From assembly GCA_002104945.1 (NCBI GenBank), contig MCFH01000026.1:186001-250000 (forward strand): DNA of 64,000 nt. Direction: 5' to 3'. Source of the stretch: Piromyces finnis finn. Its lineage: Eukaryota; Fungi; Neocallimastigomycota. A program made the position numbers and the translations under genes. The notes beneath the pieces were generated by a model. It was given only the letters and a program-made list of their open reading frames with translations. It did no database searches and was not told the DNA's origin. Shown in pieces: positions 37,601 through 48,298 of the stretch (its first letter is position 1; the number at the start of each line of letters is the position of its first letter).

Positions 37601-38676
37601 ATTATCGAAAACTGATCACGGAAACCAATGAAAAGCTGAAATTGATTTTGGAAGCTCATAACATTGGACATGAAGGATATTATAAAACTTATCAACGTCT
37701 GAGAAAAAGCTATTATTGGAACGACATGGTTAATGATATTCGAAGAGTTGTAGCCAAATGTGAAAAATGCCAACTTAATCGCCCTCAACCATATCCAGAA
37801 CCTACGGAAAATCTTCCAACTGAGGTTGAAGCTCCTTTCACTCATCTGGGTTTAGATATCATTGGTCCATTGGTAAAAACTCGTAACAATAACCAATATA
37901 TTATAGTTGCAGTGGATCATTTCACAAAATGGGTCGAAGCAGAACCCACCGAAAATATCACTTCAAAGGATGTCATAAAATTTTTAATCAATGTTTTCTC
38001 TCGGCATGGAGTACCACAAGTCATTACAACCGATAACGGTGTCCAATTTACCTCAGATATGACCAAAGTTTTCCTGGACTTATATGATGTCTATGTCAAG
38101 TTTGTCTCAACTTATCATCCTGAAAGTAATGGTTTGACTGAAAATAGAAACAGAGAAATTGGAAAGCTTCTAAGACTGCTTGGAACAGAAAACAAGGATT
38201 GGGATGAAGTTTTGCCTTCTGCTCTTTGGGCGCTCAGAACTACTAAAAATACTGTCACAAACCATTCTAGCTTTGAATTGGTTTATGGAAGAGAAGATCA
38301 GCAACCCTTTGATATTGCCGCCAGACCTACTAAGGGTATTAATCAGTCTTCGGATGAAATCTTACTTGAGAAGTTTATTAATCATTACAGGTGGACGTTG
38401 GAAGCTTGTGAAAATATTAAAAATGCGAATAAATACTGGGCTACTAGAAGGGAAGAAAAACAAAGTATGACTAAGGGCAAAAATATCCATATCGGTGATC
38501 TAGTATTAGTTAGAAATTTTAATCGAACGAAGTTAGAGCCTTATTTCGTTGGACCACTCAAAGTTGTCAAGAAACAATTCAATACGGTTACTTTAGCTGA
38601 TATATCCACTGGAATTCAGATGAACCGAAATGTTCATCTTAAGAACATTGTAAAGTTTAACTCTGCTTTTGCGTAA
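34621..38676 (+). CDS. Element C Pol (protease, RT, RNase H, integrase), probably reached by -1 frameshift
   Basis: The -1 frame is open from the slippery site TTTAAAT (34621) through ORF 34690..38676. Motifs: LVDSCSN, WRMCVDYRRVN, FIDD RT, IRTDASYEG RNase H, and integrase GLDIIGP/TTDNGVQF. No chromodomain. Confidence 0.92.
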   Translation, partial: FKSLSGRRSTPIVNKIASAQYQSMPSEETTSQSDWSKEEYDEEIESDFEDTDINEQFFVCANKRKLDKISKEQDDNKEKRLHKNLKNDPRPILTPALRKRKAQELENIPIDVSPKQLHPSIIAQPNIREQKLKERKLRDKERASSSEQKEEEKNELASSNEDPIIIDYDEEEMLSAITDKKGAKVVEKDNTSESTKSTSNSTLNKLMKEQKKEKPAESKVKKTARNIQMIADTEEYNVVKDLNETKCNITFGQLLNSAPKLRTQVSQGLKLEKNNTKIVGALENFNATSVLVNNVDHSYVSKSKEVSEEDIAMVDATVDGVPGKLLVDSCSNLSIITKKYLDKLPHQYESIGLSCGRIRLATKNDDYSEGIIIRVPVQINDLTITADFRVVDKEDPFYDMLINLKTQMDNNLFIHPLRYSLCRFNSNGFIEDIAPINNKYDDEEKIMCMIRRVGDEDCKSDLKNIEGLPPSEYIHNKNFTETLNEKYREQIVRILEENIEIIATSSEELTPSNLTPHKINLKPGAKPIKQRSYRLAKFKSDILKEELSKLINKKLIEPSYSEWSSPVVLVPKHNGKWRMCVDYRRVNDLSEKDAYSIPFIDEIFDSLHGATIFTTMDLYSGYHQIRMDEESVELTSFTTKFGNYQFKVMPFGLTGAPATFQREMNRILFPLIGKCVYNFIDDILIYSKSIEEHIEHINQVLAIFRKNKLKINIEKCHFMQTEVDVLGHRLTTEGLKPLDNKIQAIKNWKPPSNIHELRSFLGSIGYYRDFIPNYAKLTAPLCKLLRKGVPFKWCNEQQESFIILKEKLINAPILKFPDFEKEFIIRTDASYEGIGGVLLQKEGTDIEHPIHYISRSLTKAEKNYGITDLEGTALFYCITKLKPYIMGSPFKTIVYTDHKPLIGLFKNKEPNNARQTRWCLTASMLGVDIRYEQGKKNVVADALSRMRNDKDKEVLATKINKGIEETMLSKVIKEFVEEKFTKIDGVDYFIDGRNYRKLITETNEKLKLILEAHNIGHEGYYKTYQRLRKSYYWNDMVNDIRRVVAKCEKCQLNRPQPYPEPTENLPTEVEAPFTHLGLDIIGPLVKTRNNNQYIIVAVDHFTKWVEAEPTENITSKDVIKFLINVFSRHGVPQVITTDNGVQFTSDMTKVFLDLYDVYVKFVSTYHPESNGLTENRNREIGKLLRLLGTENKDWDEVLPSALWALRTTKNTVTNHSSFELVYGREDQQPFDIAARPTKGINQSSDEILLEKFINHYRWTLEACENIKNANKYWATRREEKQSMTKGKNIHIGDLVLVRNFNRTKLEPYFVGPLKVVKKQFNTVTLADISTGIQMNRNVHLKNIVKFNSAFA

Positions 38677-39462
38677 GCAAGAGTCTTCGTGGGGGCACTT
38701 GTTAAGGAACCAACAAATAATGTTATTCTTGTCATAATTAATGATTATGACCTAATCCATTATTGTTCCTAAATATATGAAAACTTTACAATATTCTTAT
38801 TTGTAAATTAATGTATACACTTAAATTATATTTAAAATTATTAATAATTATTTTTATTGAACTTAAATTTTATTTTATTAAACTTAAAAATTAATTTAGT
38901 AATAATAATATATTGAAAATTATAGTTTATTGAACTTTTAGTTTAATTTATCAAGTTAATGAATTTTTATTAATTAAAATTATGAATAATATTTCTGTAA
39001 AATAGTAAAATTCTTTAGTTAAATATATTTAAAGTAAACTTTTAATGTATGTTAATCAATTTAATAATATGTATAAATATTTATTATAATAGTAATGTAA
39101 TTTTATTATTCATTTAAAAGTAATTTAAATACTAAAATTAATGTAAATAATTAAAGACTAATTCTTTTAATTAACACTACTTAATTTTTTACAAAAAGTA
39201 TAAAAAGGTGTATATTATAAGAATTAGAGAATATACAGATATTTTTATTTTTTTTTTTTATTTTATTTTATAAATTTATATTAATATCTTAATAAAACAA
39301 TTTTATTAATAAAACAATTTTTCTTATTTCATTTTAATATTATTTTTGAGTATTAATAAATTTATTAATATTTTATAAATAAAAGTAAATTCCTCGAACC
39401 GTAACAGATTCGTTACATTTATTAATAATTAAGATTTTAGTGTAGATTTTAAATAATAATAT

Positions 39463-41141
39463 TGTCACGAATACTAGTGAAATTACAATTTCAAGATCAC
39501 TTGGAATTGTGAAATCACTTATGAAAATTCAAAATCAACAAATATTTTATTTTCAAATAAATTATAAAATTTTATTAAGAAATATTTAAAAATTTAGGAA
39601 AGGTTAAAATATGACCTTAACCCTTAATAATTTTTATAATAAATAACTTTAACCCTTATCGTTAAAATGGAATAAGAAAAAACACGCATATCTCCTCAAC
39701 GAATGACGATTTTTGAATAAAAATATTTTGGTTATAATTAAGTTCGTTAGAAAGCCACGCTCGAGACAAACAACATATCTTAAAATCAGGTCAATATCTC
39801 TGCTGGTTCACGAGATATTCCAATTTAAAGATATTTTGTTAGCAATGATTAATTGTTTATTCAGAGAATGATCACCCCTGATATATCAAACATAAATCAT
39901 TCACTCAAAGTATAAAAAATTATTGTTTAATTAAATTAAAATTATTTTCCGGAACTAATTAACTTTATTTTATAATAATTATTTCAATAACATAATTTAT
40001 AATCTTTGAACTAGAGGATTATAATTATTAATATTATATTCAATGAATTATATTATAATTAAGAAATAATTAATATTATGAATATTATAAACAATAGTTA
40101 TTTTTTAATAATTAGGAATAAGTCTTAAGTTTAGTTTAAGTATTATAAAATATATTATGAATATAATCATGTATTGAAAAGTTATTTTATTATTAAATGT
40201 AAAATTACAAATAGTATAAATAGTTTAGAATAGTTTTATGAATTAAATCTTTGTAAAGATTATTATCTTATTAATACTTAATAAGTATTACTATTAAATA
40301 ATCTTATTATTATATATATTCTTTAAATAAAATAAAAAGGAATTATTTTAACTATAATACATAATTTAATTATTCATTTATAAATCAATTAAGATTATTT
40401 TAATAAAACATTTTTTTTCTAACCTAGTTATTTTTTAACCTTTTATTTAATTTAATATTTTAATATTAAATTATAAGTTTAGTAAAACTTTTACAAATAT
40501 TGTCAAGAGTTAGAGTGGATTTAGAATTATAATTAAGTCTACTAGGTTAGGATAGGCTTAATTATATAGTAAATAATAAATTTTTATAAATAAAAGAGTA
40601 ATAAATATAGTTTTTTAAGAAATATTTTATTTAATTTTTATAATATAAGTAAATGATAATTATTAATTTTAAATATTGAATTTACTATATAAAAATGAGT
40701 ATAATAATCTCACAAAGAACTTCTTAAAGTTGTTCTTTGTTCAACTTATTTATACTTCATTTTTAATATAATGTTGATATTAATAAAGTATAATAATAAT
40801 ATAATTTAAGTTATACATGTATAATAATATAAATATAAATATTAATAAAATATAATAATAATAATAATATAATTTTCTTTAAATATCGATATTAATAAGT
40901 TGTTAAAAATAATATTAATAATTATTTAAATGAATCTTATTTTACTAATTGGTTTGTTTAATATTAATTAATTGTTACACTATTTATCTCCGGATAATAA
41001 ATAGCTTTCCAATTAATATTTATATTAAATAAACTATTATTAGTAAAATATTATTAAATTAATATTTTAATTAATTTAACTAATAATTCAAAATTATGAA
41101 ATTTCATGAAATGTCAAATTTCATGAATTGTGATTTTGACA
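39463..41141 (-). mobile_element. Solo LTR (~1.68 kb) related to the element J LTR
   Basis: TGTCAC...TTGACA termini; 5-bp TSD AATAT (39458-39462, 41142-41146). 39463..~40497 is the near-identical reverse complement of ~44611..45641. Confidence 0.85.
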
Positions 41142-41362
41142 AATATATAAGAAATAAATAGTTATAATATAATATAAATGTATTTAGGAAAAATATAAAT
41201 AGAAGATATTTTTCATCATTTTATCGATGTAATTGTTATTATTAAAATTCTATTATAATAAAAGATATTTTTAAATAAAACAATTTTTTATTTTTATTTT
41301 AAATTTAGTGTTATTGTAATAGAATAGATATCCTAATCTATTCTTTCTGTGTCGCCATTACA

Positions 41363-44300
41363 TGGCCTATCCCCACTACTGTGAAAGAAGTTCAGTCCTT
41401 CTTAGGGTTATGCAATTACTACCGTCGCTTTATCTCTAACTTTTCTAAAATTGCAAAACCATTATACAACTTAACTAAGAAAGGCGTCACTTTCATATGG
41501 ACAGACGAATGTAATAGAGCATTTAATCAACTTAAAGAATTTCTTACTTCAGCTCCAGTTTTACTTTGTCCTGATCACGATAAACCATTCATAGTTGAAT
41601 GTGACGCAAGTGACTTTGCTATCGGGGGAGTACTTTCACAAAAAGGTGATGATGGAGACCTGCATCCAGTTTATTACTTTTCTAAAACCCTTCATGATGC
41701 AGAACTTAATTACTCTATCACCGAAAAGGAACTCTTAGCAATTCGTCAAGCTTTTATCGAATGGCGTCACTTACTTCAAGGTGCAAAATATCCTATTACC
41801 GTTTATTCAGACCATCGAAACTTGCTTTTTGCTACCAAACCGCAACTTCTATCCCAAAGACAAGCTCGTTGGCAAGAATACTTTGCTACCTTTGATTTCA
41901 AGATTATCTATCGACCAGGAAAGAAAAATGGTAAAGCTGATGCTCTCTCTCGTAGATCCGACCATATGCTCACAGTTGGTAAGGATATAAGTAAATCATC
42001 CTTACTTAAACCAACTCAATTAGAAGGATTCAACGAAGATGAATGCTACTTCTCTATGGAAACTAGCTTCATTGACGACATTAAGCAGTGCTACCTTCAA
42101 GATGAAACCGCTTGTCAGATTCTTAAGGATCTTGAAGTTCCAAATAGTGATCATCCTTGGATTCTTCAAGATGGCCTTTTAATAAGAACCAAACATCCGG
42201 AGCAAGTATATGTTCCAAGTCAACTAAGACTCTTAGTTATTAAGCTCAACCATGATGCACCCACTGCCGGTCACTTGGGAGTCGATAAGACTTATGACAT
42301 TCTTAAACGTAATTTCTATTGGGTTAATATGCGTCAAGATGTCGAGTCTTATATTCGAAGCTGTAGTGTATGCAAGGCAATGAAAACCGATCACCATGCT
42401 CCTTATGGTAATATGATCCGTGTCCCTCTTCCGGAACTTCCATGGCAACACCTACAAATGGACTTTATCACGGACTTACCATCAAGACCTTGTAACTCTA
42501 CCTTACCATTCGACTCTACCAATCCGAACCACCATCAAGGTACCATAATGGTTACTACTTGCTACTTAACTAAGATGATACACTTAGTTGGGTTCAAACA
42601 TTTACCCACTGCTAAGGAAACTGCTACTGCTTTTCTTAACCATATTTTCAAACTTCACGGATTCCCCTTATCTATTGTTACAGACCGTGGTACTCAGTTC
42701 GAAAGTCGTCTTTGGTCCCACTTGATGGAATTCTTTAATATCGATCACCACTCTGCTACTACTGGCCATCACCGCACTGTTGGACAAGTAGAACGTAACA
42801 ACGACTACGTTGAAACTTATCTTCGTTGCTACTTAGCTCAATTTGATGATCTCAGTTGGATGGATCATTTGTACTTAGCTGAATTTTGCTACAACAATTC
42901 CATCCATGCTTCCACCAAACAACCACCATTTCTCTCCGTTTATAATTATCAAGTTCACGCAAACCCACAAGTTGCAGACCTTGTTTCTTCTTTAGGACTT
43001 CATCCCCTCATCGATAGCTTCTCCCATAACTTAGCTGACCTTAAGCATACTCTCGAAGTCAGTCGTACCCGTTATCTCGATGAAAAGGATAAGCACCTTT
43101 ATCACAACTTTAAGCGCTTCAAGGTCCACGATCTTGTTTGGCTTCGCAAACCCGCTAATTATCATCCTCCATTAGCGTTCAAGCTCCAAACCCGCAAGTA
43201 TGGTCCATACAAGGTCACTGGTGTCGATGAATCTAAGCTCAACTACCGCCTTGATTTATCTACCTCACCTTTCCCTCGTGTCTACCCCGTATTCCACATC
43301 AGTGAACTCGAACCATATCATCCCACTCCTCACCATCTATTGCTCAACCATCCCAACTCCAATGAAATCACCAAGATCCTTAGTTCTCGTAAATCGGGTC
43401 ATTTTTACGAGTACTTAGTCACTTTTACTGACTTATCTCAACGTTGGATCAATGCTGACACCATTGATAAGGATGACTACTACAGCACCCTTTTAGCTGA
43501 TTACCAACGTCGCGCTTACCAACAATTCACCAATTCCGTCCCAGATTCTTAATCTGGACCCCACTTATTAGTATCCCACCTACTAGTGTCTACCACCCTT
43601 ACTCCTTCACTACCCACCTATCGCCACTACCCCACCTACTACCCACAACTCCGCTACCCACTAGTCGCCACCACTACAACTACCAACCACTATTCCGCTA
43701 CCCAACCACCCTCTTTCGCCTTTGCCCTCAACCCTCAAATTTCGCAACCTTTTCCGCACCCCAAAATCCGCTTCCCCTCGAGTCATATCATTTCCCTAAC
43801 CTTCACGTGTAGTCTCCATTTCTGAAGAATCCACGTGATACCCTCTCAACTTTTCTTGAACACTTTTACACTTCACTTTTTCAACACTTAGATTTTTTTT
43901 CAAAAATTGAGAATTTCCATTTTTTGAAAATTCTCAAAATTTTTCTAAGTGTCGTGGAAGTGTCCATGTCCAAATTATTATGACGTGCCAGTGTCCATAA
44001 TTTTTTGGGTCGTCCGGCGAAACGACCCTTAGGACGGGCAGTGTCACAATAACATATATAAAAATTTAAAAAATTTGGACACATGGAAAAAATTAAAAAT
44101 TTTTTTAAAATTTGAAAATTTGAAAATTTGAAAAAATTTATTTTTTAAATTTTTATTAAAAAATTTCAAAGTATAAAATTTCTAATATTTGAAATTATTA
44201 AATTTTTTAAAATTATTAAAATTTTATTATTAAAAATTTTAATTTAAATTTATTAACTATTTACAATAATTATATTAATTATTAATTTATAAAAATTAAA

Positions 44301-45641
44301 TATTTTATAATTAGATAATAATTAATTAAAATTAAAAAATGTAATAATTAAAATTGTTCATGTATAAAAAGAACAAAAATTGACAAAAATTACGAAGCTT
44401 TAGCGTTAGTAATTTTTTAACTTAAAGTTAATAAAATTTATAAACTCCTATAAAACCTAAAACTTTAAAAATTTTAATATTTTTAATAACTTAATATATG
44501 CTGATATTAAGTTATTGCTAAAATAAAAATATTATTTAAATTTCTTTATATAAATATTATTAGCTTTACGCCTTCAATAGGAAAGCGTATTATATTTATT
44601 AATTAATATATGTAAAAGTTTTACTAAACTTATAATTTAATATTAAAATATCAAATTAAATAAAAGGTTAAAAGATAACTAGGTTAGAAAAAAAATGTTT
44701 TATTAAAATAATCTTAATTGATTTATAAATGAATAATTATATTATGTATTATAGTTAAAATAATTCCTTTTTATTTTATTTAAAGAATATATATAATAAT
44801 AAGATTATTTAATAGTAATACTTATTAAGTATTAATAAGATAATAATCTTTACAAAGATTTAATTCATAAAACTATTCTAAACTATTTATACTATTTGTA
44901 ATTTTACATTTAATACTAAAATAACTTTTTAGTACATGATTATATTCATAATATATTTTATAATACTAAGGCTAAACTTAAGACTTACTACTAATTATTA
45001 AAAATAACTATTGTTTATATATTTATAATATTAATTATTTCTTAATTATAATATAATTCATTGAATATAATATTAATAATTATAATCTTTTAATTTAAAG
45101 ATTATAAGATATGTTATTGAAATAATTATTATAAAATAAAGTTAATTAGTTCCGGAAAATAATTTTAATTTAATTAAACAATAATTTTTTATACTTTGAG
45201 TGAATGATTTATGTTTGATATATCAGGGGTGATCATTCTCTGAATAAACAATTAATCATTGCTAACAAAATATCTTTAAATTGGAATATCTCGTGAACCA
45301 GCAGAGATATTGACCTGATTTTAAGATATGTTGTTTGTCTCGAGCGTGGCTTTCTAACGAACGTAATTATAACCAAAATATTTTTATTCAAAAATCGTCA
45401 TTCGTTGAGGAGATATGCGTGTTTTTTCTTATTCCATTTTAACGATAAGGGTTAAAGTTATTTATTATAAAAATTATTAAGGGTTAAGGTCATATTTTAA
45501 CCTTTTCTAAATTTTTAAATATTTCTTAATAAAATTTTATAATTTATTTGAAAATAAAATATTTGTTGATTTTGAATTTTCATAAGTGATTTCACAATTC
45601 CAAGTGATCTTGAAATTGTAATTTCACTAGTATTCGTGACA
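41363..45641 (+). mobile_element. Element J: 5'-truncated Ty3/gypsy element (pol 3' half, C-rich 3' UTR, ~1.6-kb 3' LTR)
   Basis: The pol fragment starts abruptly after the family-L LTR end. The 3' LTR at 44042..45641 has TGTCAC...GTGACA termini and is preceded by the purine-rich aggacgggcag. Confidence 0.8.
41381..43552 (+). CDS. Element J truncated Pol (end of RT, RNase H, integrase, degenerate chromodomain-like tail)
   Basis: VECDASDFAIGGVLSQ, HDAPTAGH...CSVC, QMDFITDLP, VTDRGTQF and GPYKV. The tail ITKILSSRKSGHFYEYLVTF resembles a chromodomain. Confidence 0.9.
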   Translation: MKEVQSFLGLCNYYRRFISNFSKIAKPLYNLTKKGVTFIWTDECNRAFNQLKEFLTSAPVLLCPDHDKPFIVECDASDFAIGGVLSQKGDDGDLHPVYYFSKTLHDAELNYSITEKELLAIRQAFIEWRHLLQGAKYPITVYSDHRNLLFATKPQLLSQRQARWQEYFATFDFKIIYRPGKKNGKADALSRRSDHMLTVGKDISKSSLLKPTQLEGFNEDECYFSMETSFIDDIKQCYLQDETACQILKDLEVPNSDHPWILQDGLLIRTKHPEQVYVPSQLRLLVIKLNHDAPTAGHLGVDKTYDILKRNFYWVNMRQDVESYIRSCSVCKAMKTDHHAPYGNMIRVPLPELPWQHLQMDFITDLPSRPCNSTLPFDSTNPNHHQGTIMVTTCYLTKMIHLVGFKHLPTAKETATAFLNHIFKLHGFPLSIVTDRGTQFESRLWSHLMEFFNIDHHSATTGHHRTVGQVERNNDYVETYLRCYLAQFDDLSWMDHLYLAEFCYNNSIHASTKQPPFLSVYNYQVHANPQVADLVSSLGLHPLIDSFSHNLADLKHTLEVSRTRYLDEKDKHLYHNFKRFKVHDLVWLRKPANYHPPLAFKLQTRKYGPYKVTGVDESKLNYRLDLSTSPFPRVYPVFHISELEPYHPTPHHLLLNHPNSNEITKILSSRKSGHFYEYLVTFTDLSQRWINADTIDKDDYYSTLLADYQRRAYQQFTNSVPDS

Positions 45642-45696
45642 ATATAACTAGTGTGCTTACCACACTTTTCTTTAATAAAAAATCGCTTTTTGACAA

Positions 45697-46261
45697 TGGT
45701 ACGTATTATTTAATAATACCATAAATTTAATTATTTATTTTATTTCCAGGAGTCGAACAAAAGGGATTTATACAAAATAATATATTCTAATAAAAGAATA
45801 AAAAAAAAAAATGATTATTTGTATATTTATTTATATTATAACTAATAATTATTTTTTAGTGTTATTAATTATTTTGCTTTTACTTTTATTATTTTTAACA
45901 ATTTATACACAAAGTATTTGAATATAAGAAAAAAAAAGGATTAAACATAAAAAAAATCTTATTTGTAACTTTCTCTTTTATTTTATTAATAAAAATAATT
46001 TTAAGTACATTTATATATTTAATATAAAAAATATTTTTAGTTAAAACAGATATAAAAATTCTCAATAATTAATTATATTTATCAAAGAACTCTCTTTTCT
46101 TAATAAAAGTGAATTTTTGTTATTTTTATATAAAATTTTTATAATATTTTATTGGTTATTCAATAATAGATTAAATTATTATTTTTCTTAAATAATTGCT
46201 AACCCTTAAAAATAACTATATAAATTTAATATTTTTAACTATATAATTTTATCACGTATCA
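45697..46261. mobile_element. Solo LTR F (565 bp), the older insertion at the tRNA-Trp upstream site
   Basis: TGGTACGT...ACGTATCA inverted termini, flanked by ACAA on both sides (45693-45696, 46262-46265). Confidence 0.65.
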
Positions 46262-46265
46262 ACAA

Positions 46266-46975
46266 TGTTACGGTTCGAGGAATTTACTTTTATTTATAAA
46301 ATATTAATAAATTTATTAATACTCAAAAATAATATTAAAATGAAATAAGAAAAATTGTTTTATTAATAAAATTGTTTTATTAAGATATTAATATAAAATT
46401 ATAAAATAAAATAAAAATAAAAATAAAAATATCTGTATATTCTCTAATTCTTATAATATACACCTTTTTATACTTTTTGTAAAAAATTAAGTAGTGTTAA
46501 TTAAAAGAATTAGTCTTTAATTATTTACATAATTTTAGTATTTAAATTACTTTTAAATGAATAATAAAATTACATTACTATTATAATAAATATTTATACA
46601 TATTATTAAATTGATTAACATACATTAAAAGTTTACTTTAAATATATTTAACTAAAAAATTTTACTATTTTACAGAAATATTATTCATAATTTTAATTAA
46701 TAAAAATTCATTAACTTGATAAATTAAACTAAAAGTTCAATAAACTATAATTTTCAATATATTATTATTACTAAATTAATTTTTAAGTTTAATAAAATAA
46801 AATTTAAGTTCAATAAAAAATAATTATTAATAATTTTAAATATAATTTAAGTGTATACATTAATTTACAAATAAGAATATTGTAAAGTTTTCATACATTT
46901 AGGAACAATAATGAATGGATTAGGTCATAATCATTAATTATGACAAGAATAACATTATTTGTTGGTTCCTTAACA
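46266..46975 (-). mobile_element. Solo LTR of family C, 15 bp upstream of tRNA-Trp
   Basis: Reverse complement of the element C LTR with a few differences; TSD ACAA (46262-46265, 46976-46979). Confidence 0.95.
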
Positions 46976-46990
46976 ACAAAAATTAAGAAA

Positions 46991-47062
46991 GGAGGGTTGG
47001 CGCAACGGTAGCGCGTCCGCCTCCAGAGCGGAAGGTTGGGTGTTCGAATCACTCACTCTCCA
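46991..47062 (+). tRNA. tRNA-Trp(CCA)
   Basis: Cloverleaf: acceptor GGAGGGT/ACTCTCC, D arm, anticodon stem TCCGC/GCGGA with loop CTCCAGA, T loop TTCGAAT. A TTTT terminator follows. Confidence 0.95.
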
Positions 47063-48298
47063 TTTTATGTTTAGAGTTAGTGATTACTTTTTACATATCG
47101 TTATTATTATTTTAATTAATATAAAAATTATGATAATTAATATACGCGTGATATCATGAAAATAAATATTTTTAAGAAACATACTTTATGTAGTAATATT
47201 ATTTTATGTAAACTATAGATTTAATGTAAACCACATTAATATATGAGTACACATGACATTCAATCATATAAATTTCATTTATTATATTTTCATTCAATAA
47301 CTCTCCTCTTTTACTTATTAATAATTAATAAAATACTAAAATTAATTAATTTTTTTTTTTATATTAAATATAGATATTATAACTTTATTTTTTTATTAAT
47401 ATGTAATTTATTTAAATAAAATACATGAATTTAATAAAAACAATATTTGCTATAATAAGTCAAATATTAATAAAGACTTAAAATAAGAATTATATATATT
47501 TTTTATAAAAAAATAAAATAATCAATGTTGAAAAAAAAAACTAATTGACTATATTTCTTTATTTATTATTTTGCTTTTAATATTTATTGTTATAATTTTT
47601 ATATTAAAATTTTTATTTTTAGAAAATAATAATTAATAATTTAGATATTAATTAATTTTTATTAATTTAATAATAATTTAATAATACATTAAATGAGTCA
47701 TTCTAATACAAAATTTTATAAGCCACAATATTGTATAAATAATATAATCTAGTATTTTTATATTATGTAACGAATTAATAGGATTCTCAAGAAATAAATA
47801 TATTATATAATTTGTAAAAAAAAATAAGATTTTTTTAAAAAATCGGATTATTTTCCGCATGTTTAAAAAAAGGAATTAATAAAGAAAATCAAAAAAGTCA
47901 ATAAAAAAAAAGTTATATATAAAAAAAGTTAAAGTAAAATTTTCCAAATTTTAATTAAAAAAAGTATAAAAATAAGAAAGAATACATAGTACATATTAAC
48001 AGTAGTAAAAGGTAAGCACTTCATATATTAATATGTGTTTATTTAATTTTTTTTTAAAGATTTTTGAGAAATAAGAATTTTTTTTTTTTTTATGTTTTCT
48101 AGAAGAAAAAAAGTATATAGAATTAAATAAATATAATATTGAAATTTAAATTTGATTATAATGAATTAATAACATTAAATAATTAATAAAATTATTATTA
48201 TAAATAAATAAATATATATATATATAATTATCAACTAAAAATAATGTAAATATTTGAAATCATAAATAATTATTATTCTAATTCATTTATTAGAAAAA

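Larger units (their letters stand above)
31517..39406 (+). mobile_element. Element C: full-length non-chromodomain Ty3/gypsy retrotransposon inserted 11 bp from the edge of the element A 5' LTR
   Basis: 707-bp LTRs at 31517..32223 and 38700..39406, identical by eye. 4-bp TSD GATT. PBS TGGTGGAGATATCGGGGAAT at 32231 (tRNA-Ala-like 3' end complement). gag and pol are in different frames. Confidence 0.95.
19173..39417 (-). mobile_element. Element A: chromodomain Ty3/gypsy LTR retrotransposon, carrying nested H, B and C
   Basis: 522-bp 3' LTR at 19173..19694. The 5' LTR is 31002..31516 plus 39407..39417 (split by C). 5-bp TSD TTTAT at 19168-19172 and 39418-39422. PPT ggaggaggacca (minus strand, 19695-19706). 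The two LTRs look identical by eye. Confidence 0.93.
18824..41362. mobile_element. Family-L LTR copy (inverted relative to 16945..17561), split into three pieces by later insertions; the outermost host of the A/H/B/C nest
   Basis: Pieces 18824-19172, 39423-39462 and 41147-41362 join into the reverse complement of 16945..17561 once element A (TSD TTTAT) and the solo LTR at 39463..41141 (TSD AATAT) are removed. It has no TSD of its own. Confidence 0.7.

Noticed and set aside
21473-38470. Short provided ORFs antisense to or overlapping gag-pol genes (e.g. 21473..21829, 24477..24755, 29699..29980, 34687..34929, 37522..37845), and similar ones at 42233..42451 and 59951..60385
   Set aside because: Shadow frames of retrotransposon coding sequence with no recognisable motifs.
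38676-38700. An env-like third ORF in elements B, C or E
   Set aside because: In C and E, pol runs almost to the PPT; in B only ~250 bp of A-rich sequence intervenes. No room or ORF is present.
46991-47062. Suppressor or selenocysteine tRNA
   Set aside because: The seven-base loop CTCCAGA places CCA at positions 34-36 (Trp), and there is no long variable arm.
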